64,000 bases of DNA, from NCBI GenBank assembly GCA_965116495.1, contig OZ220696.1:1792001-1856000 (forward strand), read 5' to 3'. Origin of the DNA: Gammaproteobacteria bacterium (lineage in GTDB: Bacteria > Pseudomonadota > Gammaproteobacteria > Eutrophobiales > Eutrophobiaceae). Made by a program: the position numbers and the translations under genes. Below are positions 29,412-38,895 of this stretch, piece by piece. Under the pieces are notes generated by a model. The model was not told where the DNA came from. It made no database searches and was given only the letters and a program-made list of their open reading frames with translations. Within the stretch, counting starts at the first letter, position 1. Each line of letters starts with the position of its first letter.

Positions 29412-31691
29412 ATGAAGTTACGACTGAACTTATTAATAAAGGCTAAAATCGCAGCAGGAGCACTGCTTTGTGGTGGATTGCTGTGTTCACCCGCCTATTC
29501 TGCCCTGCTTGAAGAGATAGTGGTGACGGCGCAAAAGCGCGAACAGAACCTGCAGGATGTGGGCATTTCCGTGACGGCTTTCAGCGGCAACCAGATCCGC
29601 ACACTGGGATACACGAACACCATCGATATCGCCGCTCAAACGCCCGGGCTCGGTATCATCCAGTATCACCCGACCCTGACCACAACCAATATCCGCGGCA
29701 TTTCACAAAACGATTTTGCCGACCACCTGGAACCACCTATCGCGATGTACGTGGATGAAGCCTATGTCAGCGCCATGGGCGCGGGACATGCACAGTTATA
29801 TGACCTGCAGCGAGTGGAAGTATTACGCGGACCACAGGGAACCCTGTTCGGCCGCAACGCAACCGGTGGTTTGCTGCACTATATCAGCGCCAAACCCACT
29901 GAGGACCCCGAAGGTTATGTTGAATTTACCTACGGGTCTTACGATCAAAAAAAGTTTGAAGGGGCAATCAGCGGGCCACTGACGGACAAGCTCCTGGCAC
30001 GGGTGTCGTTTGCCGGAAATTTCCATGATGGTGTAGCAGAGAACCGGATCGGATCGGACGTCCGGGGCAGTGAGCACTATGCCTTGCGCGGCCAACTGGA
30101 ATTTCGACCCTCCGAAGAGGTGACGCTGAACCTGAAAGCGCATTATGCCAATGACGATGATGAACACGGTAACGCTTACACGCATACGCCCATTTCGGCA
30201 AATGAAGACGGCCTGGGTTTTGAGATCAGCCCGGATTCATTTGTAAACGGTTTCTGCCCGGGATGTGATTTTTACGGTTACCGGGATCCCGATGACGACC
30301 CCTTCACCGGTTCCTATGATTATACCGGGGAATTCCGTCGCTCAATCGCCGGCATCACCGGCAGGTTGACCTGGGATATGGGCAACGTCACCGTGACGTC
30401 GATCACCGATTACCTGCAGATGAATAAAAACTACGGCGAAGACACGGACGGTTCCCCCAATCCCGTATTCGTATTTATTACCGACCAGGATTTTGAACAG
30501 TTCTCCCAGGAATTGAGATTAAACGGTGATGTGGGTGAGAACCTGCGCTGGACGACAGGGTTTTATTACCTGGATATCGAACATGCCGGCAACCTGAATT
30601 ACTTTCTGGACCTGCCCTTTTACTCACCGACCTATTCCTTCGGAGAACCCACTTCTTATATTTCAGGGCCGACGACCAATAATGTAGAAACGGAGTCCTG
30701 GGCCGTGTTCGGGCACCTGGAGTATGACCTTAACGAAAACTGGGGCATCATTGCGGCCTTGCGCTATACGGAAGATCAGAAGGATACGGTATTTCAATCG
30801 GCAGATGTGCTGGGTGGTAACGTTACCGGCCTCGGCTTTACCCTCACTATCCCGTTTGACCTGGCTGCCGATCCGGATTTCGACCTGTTCGACCAGAGTT
30901 TCGAAAACGTGTCCGCGAAGTTCGAAATTGACTGGCGACCCACCGATGACACCCTGATATTTGCCAGCTTCAATCGCGGCCATAAAGCCGGAGGGTCACG
31001 AGTGGTGGCGGGCGGCAATCCCACTACGGCCATACCGACGTTTCCACATGATGAAGAGGTCCTGCACAGTTGGGAGATAGGTATCAAAACCACCTTCATG
31101 GAGGGGCGCGCCCAGTTGAATGCCAGTGCCTTTTATTACGATTACCAGGACTACCAGGCTTTTGTTGTCATTCCGGGCGCGATACCGGCCTCACTGACCA
31201 TTATCAACCTGGATGCAGAGGCAGTCGGTGGCGAAGTGGAATTGACGCTGCAACCGACGGAAGGCTGGGGTTTCCGTTTCGGCGCATCATTTGAAGACAG
31301 TGAGGTGAAGGACGTGCTGCTGCCCAGCGGACGCTTCGTCGATAATGATCTGCCTTATGCTCCATCATTTACTTTGAATGGTCTGGCCCGCTATGAATGG
31401 CCGGCCTTGGGCGGCACCATGGCGATCCAGGGTGATTTCAACTATTCGGAGGATTTCTGTTTCAGCGTGTTGTGCGCGCCGCTGGACCAGGAAGATTCCT
31501 TTATCATCGGAAACTTCCGTGTCAGCTATACCAGTGGAAACGAAAGCTGGAAGCTGGCTGCCTTTGTCAATAACGTCAGTGATACGGAATACCGCCTGTA
31601 CACGCTGGACATCAGTGGATTATCCATCGGCAACGATGCCTACGCCAATCCACGCTGGGCCGGTGGCACCATCACCTTTAACTGGAAGTAA
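29412..31691 (+). CDS. TonB-dependent receptor
   Basis: LEEIVVTAQKREQ, VEVLRGPQGTLFGRNATGG, C-terminal PRWAGGTITFNWK. Confidence 0.95.
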   Translation: MKLRLNLLIKAKIAAGALLCGGLLCSPAYSALLEEIVVTAQKREQNLQDVGISVTAFSGNQIRTLGYTNTIDIAAQTPGLGIIQYHPTLTTTNIRGISQNDFADHLEPPIAMYVDEAYVSAMGAGHAQLYDLQRVEVLRGPQGTLFGRNATGGLLHYISAKPTEDPEGYVEFTYGSYDQKKFEGAISGPLTDKLLARVSFAGNFHDGVAENRIGSDVRGSEHYALRGQLEFRPSEEVTLNLKAHYANDDDEHGNAYTHTPISANEDGLGFEISPDSFVNGFCPGCDFYGYRDPDDDPFTGSYDYTGEFRRSIAGITGRLTWDMGNVTVTSITDYLQMNKNYGEDTDGSPNPVFVFITDQDFEQFSQELRLNGDVGENLRWTTGFYYLDIEHAGNLNYFLDLPFYSPTYSFGEPTSYISGPTTNNVETESWAVFGHLEYDLNENWGIIAALRYTEDQKDTVFQSADVLGGNVTGLGFTLTIPFDLAADPDFDLFDQSFENVSAKFEIDWRPTDDTLIFASFNRGHKAGGSRVVAGGNPTTAIPTFPHDEEVLHSWEIGIKTTFMEGRAQLNASAFYYDYQDYQAFVVIPGAIPASLTIINLDAEAVGGEVELTLQPTEGWGFRFGASFEDSEVKDVLLPSGRFVDNDLPYAPSFTLNGLARYEWPALGGTMAIQGDFNYSEDFCFSVLCAPLDQEDSFIIGNFRVSYTSGNESWKLAAFVNNVSDTEYRLYTLDISGLSIGNDAYANPRWAGGTITFNWK

Positions 31692-31708
31692 CTGCGAGAC
31701 AGATGTAC

Positions 31709-31736
31709 GGGGTCGGAGTATGGTTACCCTGACCCC
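31709..31736. repeat. Family A palindrome (degenerate)
   Basis: GGGGTCGGAGTATGGTTACCCTGACCCC. Confidence 0.75.
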
Positions 31737-31756
31737 AAAATCTACCCCCGGATCTC

Positions 31757-33352
31757 ATGAGTACAGTTCCAGCGTATGATGCCGTTATTATCGGCGCCGG
31801 ACACAATGGACTGACCTGCGCCAACTACCTGGCCCGCAAGGGGCTGAAAGTGAAGGTGGTCGAACGCCGCCACGTGGTAGGCGGCGCGGTCGTCACGGAA
31901 GAGTTCCATCCCGGCTATCGCAATTCAACCTGTTCCTATGCGGTCAGCCTGCTCAATCCGAAAGTGATCCGTGACCTGGAACTGCAAAAATACGGCCTGG
32001 AAATCAAGGACAGGGAGTTCACTGCGCTGGTCCTCGGATCAGATAATAAATACCTGTTCATCGGCGCTAATCGCGATCAATTTCTTGCGCAGATACGGCA
32101 GGCATGCCCGGGAGATGACGAAGCCTACCGCGAATATGACACGGTTATACAACAGGTTGCCGACGTATTGCGGGACATGGTGCTGGAGACGCCACCGAAC
32201 ATCGGCGGCGGGTTAACGGACCTGTGGCGCGCCGGGACACTGGCCAACAGGATGCGGCGGCTGGACCCCCGGTTGCAACGGGAAACGATCAAGCTGTTTA
32301 CCATGAGTGTGGCGGATTACCTGAAACAATGGTTCGGCGGGGACCTGATACTCGCGCTGGAAAGTTATATAGCCATGGTGGGGAACATGCAATCGGTACA
32401 CGCCGGCGGTTCGGCCTATGTGCTGCTGCATCACATGTTCGGTGAAGTGAACGGGAGGAAAGGGCGCTGGGGCCATGTCACCGGGGGGATGGGCGGCATT
32501 ACCCAGGCGATGGCGAAGTCCGCAGAAGCCCAGGGTGTTGACATTGAAGTCAGCGCGCCTGTCAAGGAAGTGCTCGTAAAAAACAACCGGGCCTGCGGCG
32601 TAAAACTGGCAGACGGGCGGGAGATCCATGCAAAAGTCACTGCGGCAAATGTCAATCCGAAACTGCTGTTCCAGGGACTGGTGGACCAGGAACACCTTGA
32701 TGCGGACTTCAAACGCCAGATCGCGCATTACCGGTGTGCCTCCGGCACGTTCCGCATGAATGTGGCGCTGGAGGATATACCACGGTTTCGTTGCCTGGAC
32801 GGAGAACCGGATTACGAGCGTTACCTGCAGGGAAGCGTGTTCATCACCAACTCATTGCAGTACAACGAGCAGGCCTGGTACGACGCCATGAACCTGGGCT
32901 GGTCGCAAAAACCTATTGTCCACATGATGGTTCCCTCGCTGTACGATAATACCCTGGCGCCAGAAGGTAAACACGTGGCCAGCCTGTTCTGCCAGCATTT
33001 CAATCCGAAACTGCCGGACGACAGGTCCTGGGACGATGTCAAGGAACAGGTCGCGGATTTAATCATTGATACCGTCAATGACTATGCCCCCAATTTCAGG
33101 CAGGCCGTCATCGGCCGTATGGCGCTCAGTCCGCTTGACCTGGAGCGGGAGTTCGGACTGACTGGCGGCGATATCTTTCATGGTTGTATCCAGCCTGATC
33201 AATTGTTCTCGTTGAGACCCGTAGCAGGGTATGCTGATTATCGAATGCCGCTCAGAGGTCTTTATTTATGCGGTTCAGGCGCACATCCGGGTGGAGGTGT
33301 GAGCGGTTGTCCGGGGCATAATGCCGCACGGGAGATCCTGAAGGATATTTGA
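31757..33352 (+). CDS. Phytoene-desaturase-like FAD oxidoreductase (COG1233/PYROXD2-like)
   Basis: IIGAGHNGL, VGGAVVTEE, GGMGGITQA, LYLCGSGAHPGGGV. Confidence 0.88.
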   Translation: MSTVPAYDAVIIGAGHNGLTCANYLARKGLKVKVVERRHVVGGAVVTEEFHPGYRNSTCSYAVSLLNPKVIRDLELQKYGLEIKDREFTALVLGSDNKYLFIGANRDQFLAQIRQACPGDDEAYREYDTVIQQVADVLRDMVLETPPNIGGGLTDLWRAGTLANRMRRLDPRLQRETIKLFTMSVADYLKQWFGGDLILALESYIAMVGNMQSVHAGGSAYVLLHHMFGEVNGRKGRWGHVTGGMGGITQAMAKSAEAQGVDIEVSAPVKEVLVKNNRACGVKLADGREIHAKVTAANVNPKLLFQGLVDQEHLDADFKRQIAHYRCASGTFRMNVALEDIPRFRCLDGEPDYERYLQGSVFITNSLQYNEQAWYDAMNLGWSQKPIVHMMVPSLYDNTLAPEGKHVASLFCQHFNPKLPDDRSWDDVKEQVADLIIDTVNDYAPNFRQAVIGRMALSPLDLEREFGLTGGDIFHGCIQPDQLFSLRPVAGYADYRMPLRGLYLCGSGAHPGGGVSGCPGHNAAREILKDI

Positions 33353-33362
33353 GCAGCTGGGA

Positions 33363-33590
33363 TTAAGGAACCTCTTAAGTCAGAGGTTCCTACGGTACAG
33401 GGATGTGCCGTCAAAATCAATGACTGCAGGTCATTGATTTTGGGAGCAAAACAAAAATCGCATTTTTGTTTTCACTCGCTACATCCTGGTAGCTCGCCGC
33501 AAAGCGGCAACAAGTCGTGCAAATCGGCTATCCTGCCGATTTGTGCGTACTCTGACAAGTCCCGGACGGACTTGAGCAGAGCTTCCTTAA
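33363..33590. mobile_element. MITE-like element with multiple internal hairpins
   Basis: Ends TTAAGGAACCTCT ... AGAGCTTCCTTAA (12/13 inverted). Internal hairpins at 33366-33391, 33412-33442 and 33448-33472; a 29-nt module is shared with 40300-40328. Confidence 0.65.
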
Positions 33591-33636
33591 CTATATTAAC
33601 AGGCTACCAGTCTGTAAAAGGCTACAGGTTTTTATC

Positions 33637-34464
33637 TCAATTCCATTTCAGAGACGACGCATCTGCCGGAGGGGGAAACACCCTGTTAATTTCTTCCAGG
33701 TCCGTACTTGTCAGGGAGATGTCAGCGGCGGCGTGATTTTCTTCAATATGGGTCTGATTTGCACTCTTGGGAATGACAATCACGTTGTCCTGGTGCAGCA
33801 GCCACGCCAGCGCGACCTGGTACGGACCCGCATTGTGTCTTTGCGCCACGCCCTGCAGAGGTGCGCAATCCAGTCTCCCCTGGTTGAACGGCGAATATGC
33901 CATCAACGGCACATTGCGCTGCAGGCACCAGCCAAGCAACTGCCCTTCAACTTCGCGGCGTTCCAGGTTGTACAACACCTGGTTGGTCGCAATGTCCGGC
34001 CCGCCCCCGCACTCCCAGGCTTCTTCCATCTCTGAGACATCGAAATTGCTCATTCCGTAGGCCGCAACCTTACCCTGCGCCCGTAGCCGTACGAAGGCAT
34101 CCAGGATCTCCTGCACCGGATAATTGCCCGGCCAGTGCAGCAGGTACAGGTCCATGCACTCAATTCCCATTCGTTTCAGGCTTTTCTCGCAGGCTTTGAT
34201 CGTACCCCGGAAGGACGCATTGCCGGGTAGCACTTTACTTACTATATAGGCGTCTTCCCGCCGGCCTTTCACGGCCTTGCCGACCACGACCTCCGCGTCA
34301 TGGTACATTTCTGCGGTATCGATCAGCGTCATACCCAGGTCCAGCCCGAGGCGAATTGCATCCGCTTCTGAATTTTGTTTCAGGCGGTTTTTGCCCATAC
34401 CCCAGGTGCCCTGCCCCAGTGCCGGGACGGATGCTCCGCTCGGGAAAAAGACGGGATTATTCAT
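33637..34464 (-). CDS. Aldo/keto reductase
   Basis: LGQGTWGMG, IDTAEMY, DLYLLHW, GMSNF, NQVLYNL, IPKS. Confidence 0.92.
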   Translation of the reverse strand: MNNPVFFPSGASVPALGQGTWGMGKNRLKQNSEADAIRLGLDLGMTLIDTAEMYHDAEVVVGKAVKGRREDAYIVSKVLPGNASFRGTIKACEKSLKRMGIECMDLYLLHWPGNYPVQEILDAFVRLRAQGKVAAYGMSNFDVSEMEEAWECGGGPDIATNQVLYNLERREVEGQLLGWCLQRNVPLMAYSPFNQGRLDCAPLQGVAQRHNAGPYQVALAWLLHQDNVIVIPKSANQTHIEENHAAADISLTSTDLEEINRVFPPPADASSLKWN

Positions 34465-34533
34465 GTTGTTCCAGACTTTCGATCACATTTGATGTATTTG
34501 CAGCGTACCACGTTTCATCAGTTGCCTTCTGTG

Positions 34534-34669
34534 TTACCCGCAATTTATGGGTGTCCCAAATTCACCATTACCCGCAATTTATGGCTGTCCCAAATTTAGC
34601 AGTCCCAAATTTAGCACGAAATTTATGGGTGTCCCAAATTTGCATCAATTTGTGGTTGTCCCAAATTTA
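34534..34669. repeat. Cluster of five direct GTCCCAAATT-containing repeats
   Basis: Consensus AATTTATGGGTGTCCCAAATT with irregular short spacers, all in one orientation. Confidence 0.88.
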
Positions 34670-34697
34670 GTGGTGGATTTTGACCGTAGCCGTGAAA

Positions 34698-35279
34698 ATG
34701 CCCATACTGTTGTCAATGGGAATGTCATTAACAAGTGGGGTCGGGTCGGTCGTTTTATTTTTGCTGTTTTCCGTCACTGCGCGCGCGGTCGAGAATATTA
34801 CTGTGGAATACGTTTCCAGTGAACTGGTTGAAAACAGCTATTACCTTGATGCACGGATAGATTTTAAACCCCATGATGATGTACTGGAGGCGCTCGATCA
34901 TGGGGTGGACCTGGATATAGATATTATTATCAAGGTCAAGGAAAAACGTAAATGGCTGTGGGACAGGCTTTACAAAGAGGAGATCATTAAATTCAAACTG
35001 GACCACCTGCCGTTGTCGAATGTATACATCATTACCAACGTCGGCAATTCCCAGCAACGGCAATTCGACACTCTGGAAAATGCGCTAAAATACCTGGGTA
35101 CACTTGACCGTTACTTTTTATTTGACAGCGAAAATATAGACGATGATGCACACCTGGTCGGCCTGCTCAAAGCCAGATTGAACGTGGAAAACCTGCCCCC
35201 GCCATTAAAACCCGTTGCCTTCATTTTGAATAAATGGCAAGCGGACAGTGAATGGCGCCACTGGACAATCAGGGAATGA
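34698..35279 (+). CDS. DUF4390 domain protein
   Basis: Signal-like N-terminus, EALDHGV, RKWLWD, LPPPLKP...W.S.W; usual position upstream of ntrY. Start uncertain. Confidence 0.8.
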   Translation: MPILLSMGMSLTSGVGSVVLFLLFSVTARAVENITVEYVSSELVENSYYLDARIDFKPHDDVLEALDHGVDLDIDIIIKVKEKRKWLWDRLYKEEIIKFKLDHLPLSNVYIITNVGNSQQRQFDTLENALKYLGTLDRYFLFDSENIDDDAHLVGLLKARLNVENLPPPLKPVAFILNKWQADSEWRHWTIRE

Positions 35280-37543
35280 ACAGCCGGCGTAAAAAATCCG
35301 GTGCAATCATCACATCACCCGGCAAGAAATCCGGGCTAAGCGGCGGACGTTTAATCCTGCTGACGGGTGTGCTGCTGTTCGGCTGCATGCTGGCTTCGTT
35401 GTTGATCATGAGCAAGGCGTTGCAAAACTCGGTCCAGACGGACCAGTTCTATACCGGTCTGCTGGTATTCAATACCCTGGGTCTCCTGACCCTGGTCATA
35501 TTGATTGGCCTGAATATCCGCGGCCTGATCAAACAGGCCAGGGAGCGCGTTGCCGGCGCCCGTCTCACCGTACGCATGGTCACCATGTTTGTGATCCTGT
35601 CGGTTACGCCGGTACTCGTTCTCTATTACTTTTCCCTGGATTTCCTGTACCGCGGCATCGATAGCTGGTTTGATTTGCGCGTCGAGCAAGCACTGGAGGA
35701 CTCTCTCGAACTGAGCCAGCTTGCCCTGGACACCCGCATGAAGGAACTCCTCAGACAGTCTGAGAAAATGGCGGAAGAAATCTCGCTGACTAACGATGCC
35801 TTGATCCCCTTTGAAATTGATCGATTCCGCATCAGCAGCGGCGCTGATGAAATGACCGTAATGACCAGGCAGGGGATTATTATCGGCTCCAGTTCGGCCA
35901 ATCCGGACAACCTTGTGCCTGATTCGCCCGATGAGACTGTCCTGTTCCAGGTACTGCAGGGCAACAGCTATATCAGTATGGACACGATAAGAAATGCCGG
36001 ACTATCTTTTCGTGTCGTAGTCAATGTGCCGAATTCCGGGATAAGCACTGAAGCCCGGATCATCCAGGCCTTGTATCCTTTGACCGAACGGGTAAACGAT
36101 CTGGCGCAAAGTGTCCAATCGGCTTTTACCCAGTACAAGGAGTTGTCCTATCTCCGGGAACAGCTCAAGCTGAGTTTTATCCTGATTCTGACCATGGTAC
36201 TGTTGTTCAGTATATTTTCCGCAGTATGGGCCGCGTTTTATTCGGCAAGAAAGCTGGCCGCACCGATTCGCGATCTGGCGGAAGGGACGAAATCCGTGGC
36301 AGAGGGTGATTATCATACCAGGCTGCCGGTGCCGGGCAATGATGAGCTGGGTTTCCTGGTTGCATCGTTTAACGACATGACCCGCAAGATAGCCAGCGCC
36401 AGGGACGCGGCCAAACTCAGCCAGGATGAAGCGGAAACCCACCATAAATACCTGGAAGCCGTACTGGAACGGCTGTCGTCCGGTGTACTGGTCCTGGACG
36501 CGGAAAAATGCCTGCGCACCGTCAACATCAGCGGCGGCAGGATCCTGGGTATCGACATCAGCGAAATCATAGGCCATTCGTTCAGCCGGATTTGTGAGCG
36601 CTACAAGCACCTTGAACAACTGCATATCCTGTTTCAGTCTCACATAGACCAGGGCAAGTTGGTCTGGGATCAACAGGTTATCCTGTTCGGCTCAAGCGGC
36701 CGGCAGGTGCTCATGTGCAGGGGAACGTCCATAGTCCCGGCCCGTGAAAAAGCCCTGGTCCATATTATCGTGTTCGACGATATCACCGCATTGTTGCAGG
36801 GGCAACGCGACGCGGCCTGGAGTGAAATGGCCCGGCGACTTGCCCACGAGATTAAAAACCCGTTAACACCGATACAACTGGCGGCGGAACGGTTGCGCCA
36901 CAAGTATCTCAGGTCATCCCCCGGAGACCAGGCGGAGACACTGGATCGGCTGACTACGACAATCATCAAGCAGGTGGAAACCATGAAGGGTATGGTTAAC
37001 GCGTTCTCGGACTATGCCAGGGCGCCGGTCATGTCACCCCGCAGCGTTGACCTGAACCGGTTGCTGGAGGAAGTGGTGGACCTGTACATAAACATGGACA
37101 CAGACGTCACAATTACCCTCGATCTTACGGAAGATCAATCGGTTATCAACGCGGATCAGGGACGGTTGCGGCAAGTCTTCAATAATGTAATCAAGAATGC
37201 ACTGGATGCTGGCCGGCAGGGGGAGGAATTGACCCTGTCCGTCTCTACGGCATATGTAAACCAACCTGCCATGGACTACATGGAAATCCGTATCATGGAT
37301 TCCGGCAGCGGCGTAAACGAGGATATAATGTCGACTGTATTTGAACCTTACGTAACTACTAAACAGAAAGGCACCGGATTGGGACTGGCAATCGTAAAGA
37401 AGATAGTGGAAGAACATGGGGGGCTGGTCTGGATCAGAAATAACGCGGGCGGGCCGGGGGCTTGTGTGGTTGTCAGGCTGCCCATCAATAAAACCAAATT
37501 CGCGCTGAATAGCGCCACCAACCGCAATAGAGGCGTAGTGTGA
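35276..37543 (+). CDS. ntrY: NtrY-like HAMP/PAS sensor histidine kinase
   Basis: AWSEMARRLAHEIKNPLTPIQL H-box, PYVTTK..GTGLGL; ATG overlaps the upstream stop (ATGA). Confidence 0.88.
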   Translation: MNSRRKKSGAIITSPGKKSGLSGGRLILLTGVLLFGCMLASLLIMSKALQNSVQTDQFYTGLLVFNTLGLLTLVILIGLNIRGLIKQARERVAGARLTVRMVTMFVILSVTPVLVLYYFSLDFLYRGIDSWFDLRVEQALEDSLELSQLALDTRMKELLRQSEKMAEEISLTNDALIPFEIDRFRISSGADEMTVMTRQGIIIGSSSANPDNLVPDSPDETVLFQVLQGNSYISMDTIRNAGLSFRVVVNVPNSGISTEARIIQALYPLTERVNDLAQSVQSAFTQYKELSYLREQLKLSFILILTMVLLFSIFSAVWAAFYSARKLAAPIRDLAEGTKSVAEGDYHTRLPVPGNDELGFLVASFNDMTRKIASARDAAKLSQDEAETHHKYLEAVLERLSSGVLVLDAEKCLRTVNISGGRILGIDISEIIGHSFSRICERYKHLEQLHILFQSHIDQGKLVWDQQVILFGSSGRQVLMCRGTSIVPAREKALVHIIVFDDITALLQGQRDAAWSEMARRLAHEIKNPLTPIQLAAERLRHKYLRSSPGDQAETLDRLTTTIIKQVETMKGMVNAFSDYARAPVMSPRSVDLNRLLEEVVDLYINMDTDVTITLDLTEDQSVINADQGRLRQVFNNVIKNALDAGRQGEELTLSVSTAYVNQPAMDYMEIRIMDSGSGVNEDIMSTVFEPYVTTKQKGTGLGLAIVKKIVEEHGGLVWIRNNAGGPGACVVVRLPINKTKFALNSATNRNRGVV
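35283..35337 (-). mobile_element. MITE end fragment embedded in the ntrY 5' coding sequence
   Basis: Its reverse complement matches 40270-40300 at 29/31 nt and continues similarly to 47895-47923. Confidence 0.8.
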
Positions 37544-38895
37544 CTAGCGAAAAAATACTTGTTGTAGATGATGAAGCCGAGATCAGAAACCTGATAAGTG
37601 AGATTCTCGTTGATGAGGGATTCGAGGTGGCTACGGCCGAAAACGGCAACAGCGCCCGGGCGTTGCTGGAACAGTTTCACCCCCGTCTTGTTCTGCTGGA
37701 TATATGGATGCCGGACGTAGACGGCATTACCCTGTTGAAGGAATGGCATGAATCCGGCAAGTTGACGAACCCGGTGATCATGATGTCCGGACATGGAAAC
37801 ATAGGAACTGCGGTCGAGGCCACCCGCCTTGGCGCATACGATTACCTGGAAAAACCTCTCTCGCTGGCCAAGCTTGTCCTGACAATAAAAAACGCCCTGG
37901 ACGCGTCAAGACTGCAAAAGGAAAACCTGAGATTGCGGCAACACTCACAAACGCCGGCCAGGATCATCGGCAAAAGCAAGTTGATGGCGAATTTACGTGG
38001 ACAACTGGAGAAGGTCGCCGGCCTCGATACCCCGGTACTGATCGTCGGCGAACCGGGAACGGATAAAGAAGCGGTTGCCCGTTACCTTCACTCTGCAAGC
38101 GCCCGAAAGGACAAGCCTTTTGTCAATGTCAGCGTATCAGTGCCGGAATCCGAAACCATGGTGAATGAGTTATTCGGTGTAGAGAACGGAGATGAAATAC
38201 GTAACGGCTTCCTGGACCAGGCTGACGGGGGGACCTTGTTCATCAAGGACATTGCTGATCTGGACATTGCAACCCAGGCGCGCCTGCAGGGCACATTGAA
38301 TGACAAGTCCTATAAACGGGTCAACGGAAATGATGCCGTACAACTGAATACCAGGATAATCGGCGCCACCCGCCATCACCTTGCCAACCGGGTCAAGGAC
38401 GCATCTTTTATGGACGAGCTTTATTTCCAGTTGAACGTGCTGCCGATACAGGTACCGCCGCTCAGGGAACACTACGAAGACGTACCCGACATCCTGGAAT
38501 ATTTCGTCAACTTCCTGGTGGAACGGGAGGGGCTGCCTTACCGGTATTTTACAACCGCCGCACAAAACAGCCTGCGGCGCTACCCCTGGCCCGGTAATTC
38601 CCGGGAATTGAAGAACCTGGTCCAGCGGATGCTGATATTGGGGGGTGATGCGGTTATCGACTTGGAGGACATAGAGGCGGTGCTGGGAGAGCAGCCGGCT
38701 AAAAAAGAGGCCGATAATCTGAATAACCTGGACCTCCCGTTACGCCAGGCACGGGAAAACTTTGAACGCGACTACCTCGAGTACCAGTTGAAACAAGCAA
38801 ACGGCAGTGTCAGCAAAATGGCCAGGAACGTCCAGATGGAACGTACCCATCTCTACAGGAAGCTGAAATCCCTTGGTATCGATATAAAATCGTGA
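37540..38895 (+). CDS. ntrX: NtrX-like response regulator (REC-AAA+-Fis HTH), degenerate ATPase motifs
   Basis: LLDIWMPD, ERTHLYRKL; Walker A GEPGTDKE, no GAFTGA, Walker B LFIKDI. Confidence 0.87.
   Translation: MTSEKILVVDDEAEIRNLISEILVDEGFEVATAENGNSARALLEQFHPRLVLLDIWMPDVDGITLLKEWHESGKLTNPVIMMSGHGNIGTAVEATRLGAYDYLEKPLSLAKLVLTIKNALDASRLQKENLRLRQHSQTPARIIGKSKLMANLRGQLEKVAGLDTPVLIVGEPGTDKEAVARYLHSASARKDKPFVNVSVSVPESETMVNELFGVENGDEIRNGFLDQADGGTLFIKDIADLDIATQARLQGTLNDKSYKRVNGNDAVQLNTRIIGATRHHLANRVKDASFMDELYFQLNVLPIQVPPLREHYEDVPDILEYFVNFLVEREGLPYRYFTTAAQNSLRRYPWPGNSRELKNLVQRMLILGGDAVIDLEDIEAVLGEQPAKKEADNLNNLDLPLRQARENFERDYLEYQLKQANGSVSKMARNVQMERTHLYRKLKSLGIDIKS

Noticed and set aside
31757-33352. 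Carotenoid biosynthesis (crtI)
   Set aside because: No crtB/crtE context; the sequence fits the broader COG1233/PYROXD2-like group within a catabolic locus.
33434-33736. Small ORFs over repeat elements (also 40080-40455, 43045-43245, 47781-48050, 57557-57796, 59211-59429)
   Set aside because: They are translations of MITE/REP sequence with no recognisable family motifs or convincing RBS.
34534-34669. Direct repeats with spacers as a mini-CRISPR or iteron array
   Set aside because: Spacers are only a few nt, irregular and partly duplicated; no cas or rep gene is nearby.
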